From Trichodelitschia bisporula (Eukaryota): 64,000 bases of DNA. The position numbers and the translations under genes were made by a program. The notes beneath the pieces were generated by a model. The model worked only from the letters and a program-made list of their open reading frames with translations. It ran no database searches and was not told where the DNA came from. How positions within the stretch are numbered: the first letter of the stretch is position 1; the number at the start of each line of letters is the position of its first letter. Below, one piece after another: positions 62,227-64,000 of this stretch. The DNA is taken from NCBI GenBank assembly GCA_010356995.1, contig ML996703.1:496001-560000 (forward strand), given 5' to 3'.

Positions 62227-64000
62227 CTAAAATCTCTCCATCAAGTTCCGCCTTACCGTCCACATACGCGCCCTCTTGCCAAAGATAAACAGAGGCACAG
62301 TGAACACCAGCACGCCGAGCTGGATCCCCCCAATGGCCAAGAACACCTTCTTGCTCCCGTCCGCCTCGAGCCAGCGTGTGAAGAACAGGCTGAAGACCAG
62401 GCCATGGAAGATATCTGCGCGTCAAAGTCAGCATCTCAGGGTCTAAAACAGAAAAATACCGGGGAAGGGACCACTCACTCTTCGCAAAATTCAGCGTTAC
62501 CAACGCCTCCCCCGCATACGCCCGGTAACTATCCACGCAAAACGTAATCGCCGTCGTGCTCCCCAGCGTACACCCAAAACTAATAACGCCAAAGAAAACC
62601 GTCGGCACGATCCACGCATCGCGCTCCTCGGCACTCCACCCAAACCCCCAAAGCCCAATCGTCGTGCACAGCGCCACGGGAATGGCCATGACGAGGCGGA
62701 ACTCCGGCTCGTACACGCCGCCGTTGCGCCGCGACATGGCGCGGACAATAATGTCGGACACTTTGCCCGCGACGGCGGTGCCGAGCACGCCGCCGATGAA
62801 GGGCGAGATGTACACCAGGCCTGTCTGCAGCGCGGTGAAGTGGTACGTGTCGCGGGAGCGGTATATGCCGGATACGCTCTCAGAGAGGACGATCAGCCAC
62901 CCCACGCTGAGCGCGTACACGGCTGACGACCAGAGCACGGCGGGGTAGCAGTAGAGGATGAAGGGCCGCGCGGCGACGCGCAGCCAGGAGTCGGAGCAGA
63001 TGCGCCCGTTCCACGGGACGAGCGTCTCGAGGTACGGCTTCATGCCTGGTTCTGGGGGTTCGCCGGCGGAACCATGTGAAGGAGTGCGGGAAACGGCTTT
63101 AGGCTCGACAACGGAAGTCGGTGGAGAGGTAAGCGCAGGCGACGAGAGGACGCCGACGTGCTCAATGTCCTTCTTTTCGTCCTCGGCGTTGGCCGGGAGC
63201 ACGACGTGCCGCTCCTCTTGAGTCTTCTGCAAGTCCGCGGTAGGGGCCTCTCTGCCGCCCGTTGGTAGCGCAAAGTAGTCCGTCCCTTCATTCTCATCCC
63301 CAGCGCTCGTCTTCCCCTTATACCACGGCGAATTTAGATTGCGAAGGTCGGGGGTTGCGGGTTTCAGTGTGCTATTCTGCTCCACAGCCCATGCCTCAGG
63401 GTGATCCCAACTCGATGCTGGACGCGAAGTCTGAGCGGCGGGGTCGGTGGCGGGGAGCATGATCGGCGGCGGCCTTGCGCGGGTCGACTCCGGGGTGGCA
63501 GAGTCTAGAACTTCGACGGTAGGGATAGTGACTGCGGGATCGGACGCGAAGGCAACATGCACGGTGGGGTCATGGCGCTTTGTTTCCGGCGAGGGGAGCG
63601 TCGAGGGGAGCGCCGAGGTGTGAGCGGCATGTTTCGACGATTTGAGGCGGGAGAAGTGAGGCCGGGCAAAGCTGCGTACGGATTTGGCGGACGCCGGACG
63701 CATGGCATGTCTTGGTCGGGGCGTGCGGTCCCAGAAGGTCTCGGGGACGAAGAAGAAGAGGAGGAAAAAGCAGCCGCCGACGATGGCAGAGACGACCCTC
63801 AAGGACAAGGGTTAGCTGGCTACGGGGCTTGGGGCTTAGGTCTCGGGGGTGGGGGTTACCAGAAGGTCCATCGCCAGTCCATCGCCCCGATGATGGCGGC
63901 ACTGACGAGGGGGATGAGGTTCTTCCCTCCCAGCAGAAGCAGCGTGTAGATACCCAGCCGGTACGCACGCTCGTGCAGGAAGAAAATCTCGGCTATGGTG
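62227..64000 (-). CDS. MFS transporter (DHA1/HOL1-like), 5' end outside the window
   Basis: AEIFFLHERAYRLGIY, WRWTFW, VPETFW, large cytoplasmic loop, RRNGGVYEPEFRL, ..GKRARMWTVRRNLMERF*; 2 introns visible. Confidence 0.9.

Noticed and set aside
1..64000. Transposons, RIP-degraded AT-rich blocks, tRNA/rRNA genes, TPP riboswitch
   Set aside because: No transposase or RT motifs, terminal repeats, AT-rich islands or recognisable RNA consensus found by eye; tRNAscan-SE and Infernal would be needed to exclude them.

Overview
Gene-dense, intron-containing eukaryotic DNA from a filamentous ascomycete (Pezizomycotina): short GT-AG introns with CTRAC/CTAAC branch sites, no prokaryotic features, and no recognisable transposon, rRNA, tRNA or CRISPR. 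About 26 protein-coding loci were reconstructed by hand across introns. Housekeeping genes: RPS9/RPL21 head-to-head pair, RHO3, CSN2, otubain, SUR7, YAE1, MET1, RAV2/Rogdi, SLA1, RPB7, MPO1/DUF962, ATP1, alpha-tubulin and VPS62-like. Other loci: CYSTM, questin-oxidase-like, DUF1989, a GPI-anchored GH18 chitinase spanning a 120-N gap, and two MFS transporters. Highlights: (1) an AspRS-DUF2156 fusion (ErdS, tRNA-dependent sterol aminoacylation) with no adjacent ErdH hydrolase; (2) a coiled-coil gene whose frame stays open about 200 codons upstream of its first ATG in an ATG-free, probably spliced leader, suggesting non-AUG initiation; (3) a secreted orphan protein with GH19/lysozyme-like motifs; (4) an MFS gene broken by an in-frame TGA and a 7-nt duplication; (5) a DUF1989 domain split by a large insertion; (6) a candidate Kex2-processed secreted precursor; (7) a dense CCGTA motif cluster. 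All family assignments come from recognising motifs by eye; no database search was run.
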